A stretch of DNA of 64,000 nucleotides from the human T2T-CHM13v2.0 reference genome, Homo sapiens (GCF_009914755.1 NC_060937.1); one strand, 5' to 3'. Positions 45,801-63,800 are shown, numbered from the stretch's first letter. Program-made: numbers and translations. The notes: generated by a model not told the origin, from the letters alone.

Positions 45801-48800
45801 TATTCTGTACATAAAATATCAAAGTACACCAAATACATATTCTAAACTGCACATAAAATATAAAGGTACCCAAACTATACATTATATACTGTACATAAAA
45901 TATGAAATTACATCAAATATATATTATATTAGGTACATAAAATATGAAAGTACATCAAATATAGCTTATATACTGTACATAAAATATCAAAGTACCCAAA
46001 TATATATCATATACTGTACATGAAATATCAGTTCACAAACTATATATTATATACCGTACATAAAATATAAAAGTACCCAAACTATACATTATATACTGTA
46101 CATAAAATATGAAATTACATCAAATATATATTTTATTAGGTATGTAAAATATGAAAGTACATCAAATATAGATTATATACTGTACATAAAATACCAAAGT
46201 ACCCCAAATATATATTTTATACTGTACATGAAATATCAAAGTTCTCAAACTATATATTATATACTGCACATAAAATATCAACGTACCCAAGGTATATATT
46301 CCATACTGTACAAAAAATATCAAAGTACCCAAAGCATATATTATATTCTGTACATAAAATATGAAAGTACATCAAATATATATTTTATTCTGTACATAAA
46401 ATTTCAAAGTACACCAAATATATATTCTATACTGTACATAAAATATCAAGGTACCCAAACTATACATTATATACTGTACATAAAATATGAAATTACATCA
46501 AATATATGTTATATTAGGTACATAAAATATGAAAGTACATCAAATATAGATTATATACTGTACATAAAATATCAAAGTACCCAAATATATATCATATACT
46601 GTACATGAAATATCAAAGTTCACAAACTATATATTATATACTGTACATAAAATATCAAAGTACCCAAACTATACATTATATACTGTACATAAAATATCAA
46701 ATTACATCAAATATATATTTTATTAGGTATGTAAAATATGAAAGTACATCAAATATAGATTATATACTGTACATAAAATACCAAACTACCCCAAATATAT
46801 ATTTTATACTGTACATGAAATATCAAAGTTCTCAAACTATATATTATATACTGCACAGAAAATATCAAAGTACCCAAGGTATATATTCCATACTGTACAA
46901 AAAATATCAAAGTACCCAAAGCATATATTATATGCTGTACATAAAATATGAAAGTACATGAAATATATATTTTATTCTGTACATAAAATATCAAAGTACA
47001 CCAAATATATATTCTATACTGTACATAAAATATCAAGGTACCCAAACTATACATTATATACTGTACATAAAATATGAAATTACATCAAATATATATTATA
47101 TTAGGTACATAAAATATGAAAGTACATCAAATATAGCTTATATACTGTACATAAAATATCAAAGTACCCAAATATATATCATATACTGTACATGAAATAT
47201 CAAAGTTCACAAACTATATATTATATACTGTACATAAAATATCAAAGTACCCAAACTATACATTATATACTGTACATAAAATATGAAATTACATCAAATA
47301 TATATTATATTAGGTATGAAAATATGAAAGTACATCAAATATAGATTATATACTGTACATAAAATACCAAAGTACCCCAAATATATATTTTATACTGTAC
47401 ATGAAATATCAAAGTTCTCAAACTATATATTATATACTGCACAGAAAATATCAAAGTACCCAAGGTATATATTCCATACTGTACAAAAAATATCAAAGTA
47501 CCCAAAGCATATATTATATGCTGTACATAAAATATGAAAGTACATGAAATATATATTTTATTCTGTACATAAAATATCAAAGTACACCAAGTATATATTC
47601 TATACTGTACATAAAATATCAAGGTACCCAAACTATACATTATATACTGTATATAAGATATGAAATTACATCAAATATATATTATATTATGTACGTAAAA
47701 TATGAAAGTACATCAAATATAGCTTATATACTGTACATAAAATATCAAAGTACCCAAATATATATCATATACTGTACATGAAATATCAAAGTTCACACAC
47801 TATATATTATATACTGTACATAAAATATCAAAGTACCCAAACTATACATTATATACTGTACATAAAATATGAAATTACATCAAATATATATTTTATTAGG
47901 TATGTAAAATATGAAAGTACATCAAATATAGATTATATACTGTACATAAAATACCAAAGTACCCCAAATATATATTTTATACTGTACATGAAATATCAAA
48001 GTTCTCAAACTATATATTATATACTGCACATAAAATATCAAAGTACCCAAGGTATATATTCCATACTGTACAAAAAATATCAAAGTACCCAAAGCATATA
48101 TTATATGCTGTACATAAAATATGAAAGTACATCAAGTATATATTTTATTCTGTACATAAAATATCAAAGTACACCAAGTATATATTCTATACTGTACATA
48201 AAATATCAAGGTACCCAAACTATACATTATATACTGTATATAAGATATGAAATTACATCAAATATATATTATATTATGTACGTAAAATATGAAAGTACAT
48301 CAAATATAGCTTATATACTGTACATAAAATATCAAAGTACCCAAATATATATCATATACTGTACATGAAATATCAAAGTTCACACACTATATATTATATA
48401 CTGTACATAAAATATCAAAGTACCCAAACTATACATTATATACTGTACATAAAATATGAAATTACATCAAATATATATTTTATTAGGTATGTAAAATATG
48501 AAAGTACATCAAATATAGATTATATACTGTACATAAAATACCAAAGTACCCCAAATATATATTTTATACTGTACATGAAATATCAAAGTTCTCAAACTAT
48601 ATATTATATACTGCACATAAAATATCAAAGTACCCAAGGTATATATTCCATACTGTACAAAAAATATCAAAGTACCCAAAGCATATATTATATGCTGTAC
48701 ATAAAATATGAAAGTAAATGAAATATATATTTTATTCTCTACATAAAATATCAAAGTACACCAAATATATATTCTATACTGTACATAAAATGTCAAGTTA

Positions 48801-51800
48801 CCCAAAGTATACATTATATACTGTACATAAAATATGAAATTATATCAAATATATATTATATTAGGTACATAAAATATGAAAGTACATCAAATATAGATTA
48901 TATACTGTACATAAAATATCAAAGTACCCAAATATATATCATATACTGTACATGAAATATCAAAGTTCACAAACTATATATTATATACTGTACATAAAAT
49001 ATCAAAGTACCCAAACTATACATTATATACTGTACATAAAAGATGAAATTACTTCAAATATATATTTTATTAGGTATGTAAAATATGAAAGTACATCAAA
49101 TATAGATTATATACTGTACATAAAATACCAAAGTACCACAAATATATATTTTATACTGTACATGAAATATCAAAGTTCTCAAACTATATATTATATACTG
49201 CACATAAAATTTCAAAGTACCCAAGGTATATATTCCATACTGTACAAAAAATATCAAAGTACCCAAAGCATATATTATATGCTGTACTTAAAATATGAAA
49301 GTACATGAAATATGTATTTTATTCTCTACATAAAATATCAAAGTACATCAAATATATATTCTATACTGTACATAAAATATCAAGGTACCCAAACTATACA
49401 TTATATACTGTACATAAAATATGAAATTACATCAAATATATATTATATTAGGTACATAAAATATGAAAGTACATCAAATATAGATTATATACTGTACATA
49501 AAATATCAAAGTACCCAAATATATACCATATACTGTACATGAAATATCAAAGTTCACAAACTATATATTATATACTGTACATAAAATATCAAAGTACCCA
49601 AACTATACATTATATACTGTACATAAAATATGAAATTACATCAAATATATATTTTATTAGGTATGTAAAATATGAAAGTACATCAAATATAGATTATATA
49701 CTGTACATAAAATACCAAAGTACCCCAAATATATATTTTATACTGTACATGAAATATCAAAGTTCTCAAACTATATATTATATACTGCACATAAAATATC
49801 AAAGTACCCAAGGTATATATTCCATACTGTACAAAAAATATCAAAGTACCCAAAGCATATATTATATGCTGTACATAAAATATGAAAGTACATCAAGTAT
49901 ATATTTTATTCTGTACATAAAATATCAAAGTACACCAAGTATATATTCTATACTGTACATAAAATATCAAGGTACCCAAACTATACATTATATACTGTAT
50001 ATAAGATATGAAATTACATCAAATATATATTATATTATGTACGTAAAATATGAAAGTACATCAAATATAGCTTATATACTGTACATAAAATATCAAAGTA
50101 CCCAAATATATATCATATACTGTACATGAAATATCAAAGTTCACACACTATATATTATATACTGTACATAAAATATCAAAGTACCCAAACTATACATTAT
50201 ATACTGTACATAAAATATGAAATTACATCAAATATATATTTTATTAGGTATGTAAAATATGAAAGTACATCAAATATAGATTATATACTGTACATAAAAT
50301 ACCAAAGTACCCCAAATATATATTTTATACTGTACATGAAATATCAAAGTTCTCAAACTATATATTATATACTGCACATAAAATATCAAAGTACCCAAGG
50401 TATATATTCCATACTGTACAAAAAATATCAAAGTACCCAAAGCATATATTATATGCTGTACATAAAATATGAAAGTACATCAAGTATATATTTTATTCTG
50501 TACATAAAATATCAAAGTACACCAAGTATATATTCTATACTGTACATAAAATATCAAGGTACCCAAACTATACATTATATACTGTATATAAGATATGAAA
50601 TTACATCAAATATATATTATATTATGTACGTAAAATATGAAAGTACATCAAATATAGCTTATATACTGTACATAAAATATCAAAGTACCCAAATATATAT
50701 CATATACTGTACATGAAATATCAAAGTTCACACACTATATATTATATACTGTACATAAAATATCAAAGTACCCAAACTATACATTATATACTGTACATAA
50801 AATATGAAATTACATCAAATATATATTTTATTAGGTATGTAAAATATGAAAGTACATCAAATATAGATTATATACTGTACATAAAATACCAAAGTACCCC
50901 AAATATATATTTTATACTGTACATGAAATATCAAAGTTCTCAAACTATATATTATATACTGCACATAAAATATCAAAGTACCCAAGGTATATATTCCATA
51001 CTGTACAAAAAATATCAAAGTACCCAAAGCATATATTATATGCTGTACATAAAATATGAAAGTACATCAAGTATATATTTTATTCTGTACATAAAATATC
51101 AAAGTACACCAAGTATATATTCTATACTGTACATAAAATATCAAGGTACCCAAACTATACATTATATACTGTATATAAGATATGAAATTACATCAAATAT
51201 ATATTATATTATGTACGTAAAATATGAAAGTACATCAAATATAGCTTATATACTGTACATAAAATATCAAAGTACCCAAATATATATCATATACTGTACA
51301 TGAAATATCAAAGTTCACACACTATATATTATATACTGTACATAAAATATCAAAGTACCCAAACTATACATTATATACTGTACATAAAATATGAAATTAC
51401 ATCAAATATATATTTTATTAGGTATGTAAAATATGAAAGTACATCAAATATAGATTATATACTGTACATAAAATACCAAAGTACCCCAAATATATATTTT
51501 ATACTGTACATGAAATATCAAAGTTCTCAAACTATATATTATATACTGCACATAAAATATCAAAGTACCCAAGGTATATATTCCATACTGTACAAAAAAT
51601 ATCAAAGTACCCAAAGCATATATTATATGCTGTACATAAAATATGAAAGTACATGAAATATATATTTTATTCTCTACATAAAATATCAAAGTACACCAAA
51701 TATATATTCTATACTGTACATAAAATATCAAGGTACCCAAACTATACATTATATACTGTACATAAAATATGAAATTACATCAAATATATATTATATTAGG

Positions 51801-54800
51801 TACATAAAATATGAAAGTACATCAAATATAGATTATATACTGTACATAAAATATCAAAGTACCCAAACTATACATTATATACTGTACATAAAAGATGAAA
51901 TTACATCAAATATATATTATATTAGGTATGTAAAATATGAAAGTACATCAAATATAGATTATATACTGTACATAAAATATCAAAGTACCCAAACTATACA
52001 TTATATACTGTACATAAAAGATGAAATTACATCAAATATATATTATATTAGGTATGTAAAATATGAAAGTACATCAAATATAGATTATATACTGTACATA
52101 AAATACCAAAGTACCCCAAATATATATTTTATACTGTACAGGAAATATCAAAGTTCTCAAACTATATATTATATACTGCACATAAAATATCAAAGTACCC
52201 AAGGTATATATTCCATACTGTACAAAAAATATCAAAGTACCCAAAGCATATATTATATGCTGTACATAAAATATGAAAGTACATCATATATATATTTTAT
52301 TCTGCACATAAATTATCAAAGTACACCAAATATATATTCTATAATGTACATAAAATATCAAGGTACCCAAACTATACATTATATACTGTACATAAAATAT
52401 GAAATTACATCAAATATATATTATATTAGGTACATAAAATATGAAAGTACATCAAATATAGATTATATACTGTACATAAAATATCAAAGTACCCAAATAT
52501 ATATCATATACTGTACATGAAATATCAAAGTTCACAAACTATATATTTTATACTGTACATAAAATATCAAAGTACCCACACTATACATTATATACTGTAC
52601 ATAAAATATGAAATTACATCCAATATATATTATATTAGGTATGTAAAATATGAAAGTACATCAAATATAGATTATATACTGTACATAAAATACCAAAATA
52701 CCCCAAATATATATTTTATTCTGTACATGAAATATCAAAGTTCTCAAACTATATATTATATACTGCACATAAAATATCAAAGTACCCAAGGTATATATTC
52801 CATACTGTACAAAAAATATCAAAGTATCCAAAGCATATATTATATGCTGTACATAAAATATGAAAGTACATGAAATATATATTTTATTCTCTACATAAAA
52901 TATCAAAGTACACCAAATATATATTCTATACTGTACATAAAATATCAAGTTACCCAAACTATACATTATATACTGTACATAAAATATGAAATTACATCAA
53001 ATATATATTATATTAGGTACATCAAATATGAAAGTACATCAAATATAGATTATATACTGTACATAAAATATCAAAGTACCCAAATATATATCATATACTG
53101 TACATGAAATATCAAAGTTCACAAACTATATATTATATACTGTACATAAAATATAAAAGTACCCAAACTATACATTATATACTGTACATAAAATATGAAA
53201 TTACATCAAATATATATTTTATTAGGTATGTAAAATATGAAAGTACATCAAATATAGATTCTATACTGTACATAAAATACCAAAGTACCCCAAATATATA
53301 TTTAATACTGTACATGAAATATCAAAGTTCTCATACTGTATATTATATAGTGCACATAAAATATCAAAGTACCCAAGGTATATATTCCATACAGTACAAA
53401 AATTATCAAAGTACCCAAAGCATATATTATATGCTGTACATAAAATATGAAAGTACATAAAATATATATTTTATTCTGTACATAAAATATCAAAGTACAC
53501 CCAATATATATTCTATACTGTACATAAAATATCAAGGTACCCAAACTATACATTATATACTGTACATAAAATATGAAATTACATCAAATATATATTATAT
53601 TAGGTACATAAAATATGAAAGTACATCAAATATAGATTATATACTGTACATAAAATATCAAAGTACCCAAATATATATCATATACTGTACATGAAATATC
53701 AAAGTTCACAAACTATATATTATATACTGTACATAAAATATCAAAGTACCCACACTATACATTATATACTGTACATAAAATATGAAATTACATCAAATAT
53801 ATATTATATTAGGTATGTAAAATATGAAAGTACATCTAATATAGATTATATACTGTATATAAAATACCAAAGTACCCCAAATATATATTTTATACTATAC
53901 ATGAAATATCAAAGTTCTCAAACTATATATTATATACTGCACATAAAATATCAAAGTACCCAAGGTATATATTCCATACTGTACAAAAAATATCAAAGTA
54001 CCCAAAGCATATATTTTATGCTGTACATAAAATATGAAAGTACATGAAATATATATTTTATTCTCTACATAAAATATCAAAGTACACCAAATATATATTC
54101 TATACTGTACATAAAATATCAAGGTACCCAAACTATACATTATATACTGTACATAAAATATGAAATTACATCAAATATATATTATATTAGGTACATAAAA
54201 TATGAAAGTACATCAAATATAGATTATATACTGTACATAAAATATCAAAGTACCCAAATATATATCATATACTGTACATGAAATATCAAAGTTCACAAAC
54301 TATATATTATATACTGTACATAAAATATCAAAGTACCCAAACTATACATTATATACTGTACATAAAATATGAAATTACATCAAATATATATTATCTTAGG
54401 TATGTAAAATATGAAAGTACATCAAATATAGATTATATACTGTACATAAAATACCAAAGTACCCCAAATATATATTTTATACTGTACATGAAATATCAAA
54501 GTTCTCAAACTATATATTATATACTGCACATAAAATATCAAAGTACCCAAGGTATATATTCCATACTGTACAAAAAATATCAAAGTACCCAAAGCATATA
54601 TTATATGCTGTACATAAAATATGAAAGTACATGAAATATATATTTTATTCTGTACATAATATATCAAAGTACACCAAATATATATTCTATACTGTACATA
54701 AAATATCAAGGTACCCAAACTATACATTATATACTGTACATAAAATATGAAATTACATCAAAAATATATTATATTAGGTACATAAAATATGAAAGTACAT

Positions 54801-57800
54801 CAAATATAGATTATATACTGTACATAAAATATCAAAGTACCCAAATATATATCATATACTGTACATGAAATATCAAAGTTCACAAACTACATATTATATA
54901 CTGTACATAAAATATCAAAGTACCCAAACTATACATTATATACTGTACATAAAATATGAAATTATATCAATTATATATTATATTAGGTATGTAAAATATG
55001 AAAGTACATCAAATAGAGGTTATATACTGTACATAAAATACCAAAGTACCCCAAATATATATTTTATACTGTACATGAAATATCAAAGTTCTCAAACTAT
55101 ATATTATATACTGCACATAAAATATCAAAGTACCCAAGGTATATATTCCATACTGTACAAAAAATATCAAAGTACCCAAAGCATATATTATATGCTGTAC
55201 ATAAAATATGAAAGTACATCAAATATATATTTTATTCTGTACATAAAATATCAAAGTACACTAAATATATATTCTATACTGTACATAAAATATCAAGGTA
55301 CCCAAACTATACATTATATACTGTACATAAAATATGAAATTACATCAAATATAGATTATATACTGTACATAAAATATCAAAGTACCCAAATATATATCAT
55401 ATACTGTACATGAAATATCAAAGTTCACAAACTATATATTATATACTGTACATAAAATATCAAGGTACCCAAACTATACATTATATACTGTACATAAAAG
55501 ATGAAATTACATCAAATATATATTATCTTAGGTATGTAAAATATGAAAGTACATCAAATATAGATTATATACTGTACATAAAATACCAAAGTACCCCAAA
55601 TATATATTTTATACTGTACATGAAATATCAAAGTTCTCAAACTATATATTATATAGTGCACATAAAATATCAAATTACCAATGGTATATATTCCATACTG
55701 TACAAAAAATATCAAAGTACCCAAAGCATATATTATATGCTGTACATAAAATATGAAAGTACATGAAATATATATTTTATTCTGTACATAAAATATCAAA
55801 GTACACCAAATATATATTCTATACTGTACATAAAATATCAAGGTACCCAAACTATACATTATATACTGTACATAAAATATGAAATTACATCAAATATATA
55901 TTATATTAGGTACATAAAATATGAAAGTACATCAAATATAGATTATATACTGTACATAAAATATCAAAGTACCCAAACTATACATTATATACTGTACTTA
56001 AAAGATGAAATTACATCAAATATATATTATATTAGGTATGTAAAATATGAAAGTACATCAAATATAGATTATATACTGTACATAAAATACCAAAGTACCC
56101 CAAATATATATTTTATACTGTACATGAAATATCAAAGTTCTCAAACTATATATTATATACTACACATAAAATATCAAAGTACCCAAGGTATATATTCCAT
56201 ACTGTACAAAAAATATCAAAGTACCCAAAGCATATATTTTATGCTGTACATAAAATATGAAAGTACATGAAATATATATTTTATTCTCTACATAAAATAT
56301 CAAAGTACACCAAATATATATTCTATACTGTACATAAAATATCAAGGTACCCAAACTATACATTATATACTGTACATAAAATATGAAATTACATCAAAAA
56401 TATATTATATTAGGTACATAAAATATGAAAGTACATCAAATATAGATTATATACTGTACATAAAATATCAAAGTACCCAAATATATATCATATACTGTAC
56501 ATGAAATATCAAAGTTCACAAACTATATATTATATACTGTACATAAAATATCAAAGTACCCAAACTATACATTGTATACTGTACATAAAATATGAAATTA
56601 CATCAATTATACATTATATTAGGTATGTAAAATATGAAAGTACATCAAATAGAGGTTATATACTGTACATAAAATACCAAAGTACCCCAAATATATATTT
56701 TATACTGTACATGAAATATCAAAGTTCTCAAACTATATATTATATACTGCACCTAAAATATCAAAGTACCCAAGGTATATATTCCATAATGTACAAAAAA
56801 TATCAAAGTACCCAAAGCATATATTATATGCTGTACATAAAATATGAAAGTAGATGTAATATATATTTTATTCTCTACATAAAATATCAAAGTACACCAA
56901 ATATATATTCTATACTGTACATAAAATATCAAGTTACCCAAACTATACATTATATACAGTACATAAAATATGAAATTACATCAAATATAGATTATATACT
57001 GTACATAAAATATCAAAGTACCCAAATATATATCAGATACTGTACATGAAATATCAAAGTTCACAAACTATATATTATATACTGTACATAAAATATCAAG
57101 GTACCCAAACTATACATTATATACTGTACATAAAAGATGAAATTAAATCAAATATATATTATCTTAGGTATGTAAAATATGAAAGTACATCAAATATAGA
57201 TTATATACTGTACATAAAATACCAAAGTACCCCAAATATATATTTTATACTGTACATGAAATATCAAAGTTCTCAAACTATATATTATATAGTGCACATA
57301 AAATATCAAAGTACCAATGGTATATATTCCATACTGTACAAAAAATATCAAAGTACCCAAAGCATATATTATGCTGTACATAAAATATGAAAGTACATGA
57401 AATATATATTTTATTCTGTACATAAAATATCAAAGTACACCAAATATATATTCTATACTGTACATAAAATATCAAGGTACCCAAACTATACATTATATAC
57501 TGTACATAAAATATGAAATTACATCAAATATATATTATATTAGGTACATAAAATATGAAAGTACATCAAATATAGATTATATACTGTACATAAAATATCA
57601 AAGTACCCAAACTATACATTATATACTGTACATAAAAGATGAAATTACATCAAATATATATTATATTAGGTATGTAAAATATGAAAGTACATCAAATATA
57701 GATTATATACTGTACATAAAATACCAAAGTACCCCAAATATATATTTTATACTGTACATGAAATATCAAAGTTCTCAAACTATATATTATATACTGCACA

Positions 57801-60800
57801 TAAAATATCAAAGTACCCAAGGTATATATTCCATACTGTACAAAAAATATCAAAGTACCCAAAGCATATATTATATGCTGTACATAAAATATGAAAGTAC
57901 ATCAAATATATATTTTATTCTGTACATAAAATATCAAAGTACACCAAATATATATTCTATACTGTACATAAAATATCAAGGTACCCAAACTATACATTAT
58001 ATACTGTACATAAAATATGAAATTACATCAAATATATATTATATTAGGTACATAAAATATGAAAGTACATCAAATATAGATTATATACTGTACATAAAAT
58101 ATCAAAGTACCCAAATATATATCATATACTGTACATGAAATATCAAAGCTCACACACTATATATTATATACTGTACATAAAATATCAATGTACCCAAACT
58201 ATACTTTATATACTGTACATAAAATATGAAATTACATCAATTATATATTATATTAGGTATGTAAAATATGAAAGTACATCAAATAGAGGTTATATACTGT
58301 ACATAAAATACCAAAGTACCCCAAATATATATTTTATACTGTACATGAAATATCAAAGTTCTCAAACTATATATTATATACTGCACATAAAATATCAAAG
58401 TACCCAAGGTATATATTCCATAATGTACAAAAAATATCAAAGTACCCAAAGCATATATTATATGCTGTACATAAAATATGAAAGTAGATGTAATATATAT
58501 TTTATTCTCTACATAAAATATCAAAGTACACCAAATATATATTCTATACTGTACATAAAATATCAAGGTACCCAAACTATACATTATCTACTGTACATAA
58601 AATATGAAATTACATCAAATATATATTATATTAGGTACATAAAATATGAAAGTACATCAAATATAGATTATATACTGTACATAAAATATCAAAGTACCCA
58701 AATATATATCATATACTGTACATGAAATATCAAAGTTCACAAACTATATATTATATACTGTACATAAAATAGCAAAGTACCCAAACTATACATTATATAC
58801 TGTACATAAAAGATGAAATTACATCAAATATATATTATCTTAGGTATGGAAAATATGAAAGTACATCAAATATAGATTATATACTGTACATAAAATACCA
58901 AAGTACCCCAAATATATATTTTATACTGTACATGAAATATCGAAGTTCTCAAACTATATATTATATACTGCACATAAAATATCAAAGTACCCAAGGTATA
59001 TATTCCATACTGTACAAAAAATATCAAAGTACCCAAAGCATATATTATATGCTGTACATAAAATATGAAAGTACATGAAATATATATTTTATTCTGTACA
59101 TAAAATATCAAAGTACACCAAATATATATTCTATACTGTACATAAAATATCAAGGTACCCAAACTATACATTATATACTGTACATAAAATATGAAATTAC
59201 ATCAAATATATATTATATTAGGTACATAAAATATGAAAGTACATCAAATATAGATTATATACTGTACATAAAATATCAAAGTACCCAAACTATACATTAT
59301 ATACTGTACATAAAATATGAAATTACATCAAATATATATTATATTAGGTATGTAAAATATGAAAGTACATCAAATATAGATTATATACTGTACATAAAAT
59401 ACCAAAGTACCCCAAATATATATTTTATACTGTACATGAAATATCAAAGTTCTCAAACTATATATTATATACTGCACATAAAATATCAAAGTACCCAAGG
59501 TATATATTCCATACTGTACAAAAAATATCAAAGTACCCAAAGCATATATTATATGCTGTACATAACATATGAAAGTACATCAAATATATATTTTATTCTG
59601 TACATAAAATATCAAAGTACACCAGATATATATTCTATACTGTACATAAAATATCAAGGTACCCAAACTATACATTATATACTGTACATAAAATATGAAA
59701 TTACATCAAATATATATTATATTAGGTACATAAAATATGAAAGTACATCAAATATAGATTATATACTGTACATAAAATATCAAAGTACCCAAATATATAT
59801 CATATACTGTACATGAAATATCAAAGCTCACACACTATATATTATATACTGTACATAAAATATCAAAGTACCCAAACTATACTTTATATACTGTACATAA
59901 AATATGAAATTACATCAAATATATATTTTATTAGGTATGTAAAATATGAAAGTACATCAAGTATAGATTTTATACTGTACATAAAATACCAAAGTACCCC
60001 AAATATATATTTTATACTGTACATGAAATATCAAAGTTCTCAAACTATATATTATATACTGCACATAAAATATCAAAGTACACAAGGTATATATTACATA
60101 CTGTACAAAAAATATCAAAGTACCCAAAGCATATATTATATGCTGTACAAAAAATATGAAAGTACATGAAATATATATTTTATTCTCTACATAAAATATC
60201 AAAGTACACCAAATATATATTCTATACTGTACATAAAATATCAAGGTACCCAAACTATACATTATATACTGTACATAAGATATGAAATTACATCAAATAT
60301 ATATTATATTAGGTACATAAAATATGAAAGTACATCAAATATAGATTATATACTGTACATAAAATATCAAAGTACCCAAATATATATCATATACTGTACA
60401 TGAAATATCAAAGTTCACAAACTATATATTATATACTGTACATAAAATATCAAAGTACCCAAACTATACATTTTATACTGTACATAAAATATGAAATTAC
60501 ATCAAATATATATTTTATTAGGTATGTAAAATATGAAAGTACATCAAATATAGATTATGTACTGTACATAAAATACCAAAGTACCCCAAATATATATTCT
60601 ATACTGTACATGAAATATCAAAGTTCTCAAACTATATATTATATAGTGCACATAAAATATCAAAGTACCCAAGGTATATATTCCATACTGTACAAAAAAT
60701 ATCAAAGTACCCAAAGCATATATTATATGCTGTACATAAAATATGAAAGTACATGAAATATATATTTTATTCTGTACATAAAATATCAAAGTACACCAAA

Positions 60801-63800
60801 TATATATTCTATACTGTACATAAAATATCAAGGTACCCAAACTATACATTATATACTGTACATAAGATATGAAATTACATCAAATATATATTATATAAGG
60901 TACATAAAATATGAAAGTACATCAAACATAGCTTATATACTGTACATAAAATATCAAAGTACCCAAATATATATCATATACTGTACATGAAATATCAAAG
61001 TTCACAAACTATATATTATATACTGTACATAAAATATCAAAGTACCCAAACTATACATTATATACTGTACATAAAAGATGAAATTACATCAAATATATAT
61101 TATATTAGGTAAGTAAAATATGAAAGTACATCAAATATAGATTATATACTGTACATAAAATACCAAAGTACCCCAAATATATATTTTATACTGTACATGA
61201 AATATCAAAGTTCTCAAACTATATATTATATACTGCACATAAAATATCAAAGTACCCAAAGTATATATTCCATACTGTACAAAAAATATCAAAGTACCCA
61301 AAGCATATATTATATGCTGTACATAAAATATGAAAGTACATCAAATATATATTTTATTCTGTACATAAAATATCAAAGTACACCAAATATATATTCTATA
61401 CTGTACATAAAATATCAAGGTACCCAAACTATACATTATATACTGTACATAAAATATGAAATTACATCAAATATATATTATATTAGGTACATAAATTATG
61501 AAAGTACATCAAATATAGATTATATACTGTACATAAAATATCAAAGTACCCAAATATATATCATATACTGTACATGAAATATCAAAGCTCACACACTATA
61601 TATTATATACTGTACATAAAATATCAAAGTACCCAAACTATACTTTATATACTGTACATAAAATATGAAATTACATCAAATATATATTTTATTAGGTATG
61701 TAAAATATGAAAGTACATCAAGTATAGATTTTATACTGTACATAAAATACCAAAGTACCCCAAATATATATTTTATACTGTACATGAAATATCAAAGTTC
61801 TCAAACTATATATTATATACTGCACATAAAATATCAAAGTACCCAAGGTATATATTACATACTGTACAAAAAATATCAAAGTACCCAAAGCATATATTAT
61901 ATGCTGTACATAAAATATGAAAGTACATGAAATATATATTTTATTCTCTACATAAAATATCAAAGTACACCAAATATATATTCTATACTGTACATAAAAT
62001 ATCAAGGTACCCAAACTATACATTATATACTGTACATAAGATATGAAATTACATCAAATATATATTATATTAGGTACATAAAATATGAAAGTACATCAAA
62101 TATAGATTATATACTGTACATAAAATATCAAAGTACCCAAATATATATCATATACTGTACATGAAATATCAAAGTTCACAAACTATATATTATATACTGT
62201 ACATAAAATATCAAAGTACCCAAACTATACATTTTATACTGTACATAAAATATGAAATTACATCAAATATATATTTTATTAGGTATGTAAAATATGAAAG
62301 TACATCAAATATAGATTATATACTGTACATAAAATACCAAAGTACCCCAAATATATATTCTATACTGTACATGAAATATCAAAGTTCTCAAACTATATAT
62401 TATATAGTGCACATAAAATATCAAAGTACCCAAGGTATATATTCCATACTGTACAAAAAATATCAAAGTACCCAAAGCATATATTATATGCTGTACATAA
62501 AATATGAAAGTACATGAAATATATATTTTATTCTGTACATAAAATATCAAAGTACACCAAATATATATTCTATACTGTACATAAAATATCAAGGTACCCA
62601 AACTATACATTATATACTGTACATAAGATATGAAATTACATCAAATATATATTATATAAGGTACATAAAATATGAAAGTACATCAAACATAGCTTATATA
62701 CTGTACATAAAATATCAAAGTACCCAAATATATATCATATACTGTACATGAAATATCAAAGTTCACAAACTATATATTATATACTGTACATAAAATATCA
62801 AAGTACCCAAACTATACATTTTATACTGTACATAAAATATGAAATTACATCAAATATATATTTTATTAGGTATGTAAAATATGAAAGTACATCAAATATA
62901 GATTATATACTGTACATAAAATACCAAAGTACCCCAAATATATATTCTATACTGTACATGAAATATCAAAGTTCTCAAACTATATATTATATAGTGCACA
63001 TAAAATATCAAAGTACCCAAGGTATATATTCCATACTGTACAAAAAATATCAAAGTACCCAAAGCATATATTATATGCTGTACATAAAATATGAAAGTAC
63101 ATGAAATATATATTTTATTCTGTACATAAAATATCAAAGTACACCAAATATATATTCTATACTGTACATAAAATATCAAGGTACCCAAACTATACATTAT
63201 ATACTGTACATAAGATATGAAATTACATCAAATATATATTATATAAGGTACATAAAATATGAAAGTACATCAAACATAGCTTATATACTGTACATAAATT
63301 ATCAAAGTACCCAAATATATATCATATACTGTACATGAAATATCAAAGTTCACAAACTATATATTATATACTGTACATAAAATATCAAAGTACCCAAACT
63401 ATACATTATATACTGTACATAAAAGATGAAATTACATCAAATATATATTATATTACGTATGTAAAATATGAAAGTACATCAAATATAGATTATATACTGT
63501 ACATAAAATACCAAAGTACCCCAAATATATATTTTATACTGTACATGAAATATCAAAGTTCTCAAACTATATATTATATACTGCACATAAAATATCAAAG
63601 TACCCAAGGTATATATTCCATACTGTACAAAAAATATCAAAGTACCCAAAGCATATATTATATGCTGTACATAAAATATGAAAGTACATCAAATATATAT
63701 TTTATTCTGTACATAAAATATCAAAGTACACCAAATATATATTCTATACTGTACATAAAATATCAAGGTACCCAAACTACACATTATATACTGTACATAA

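Noticed and set aside
8010-63197. Recurrent ~101-aa hydrophobic minus-strand ORFs
   Set aside because: They appear only where a tCa-to-tGa (or similar) variant in monomer D removes a minus-strand stop. They are antisense translations of the satellite.
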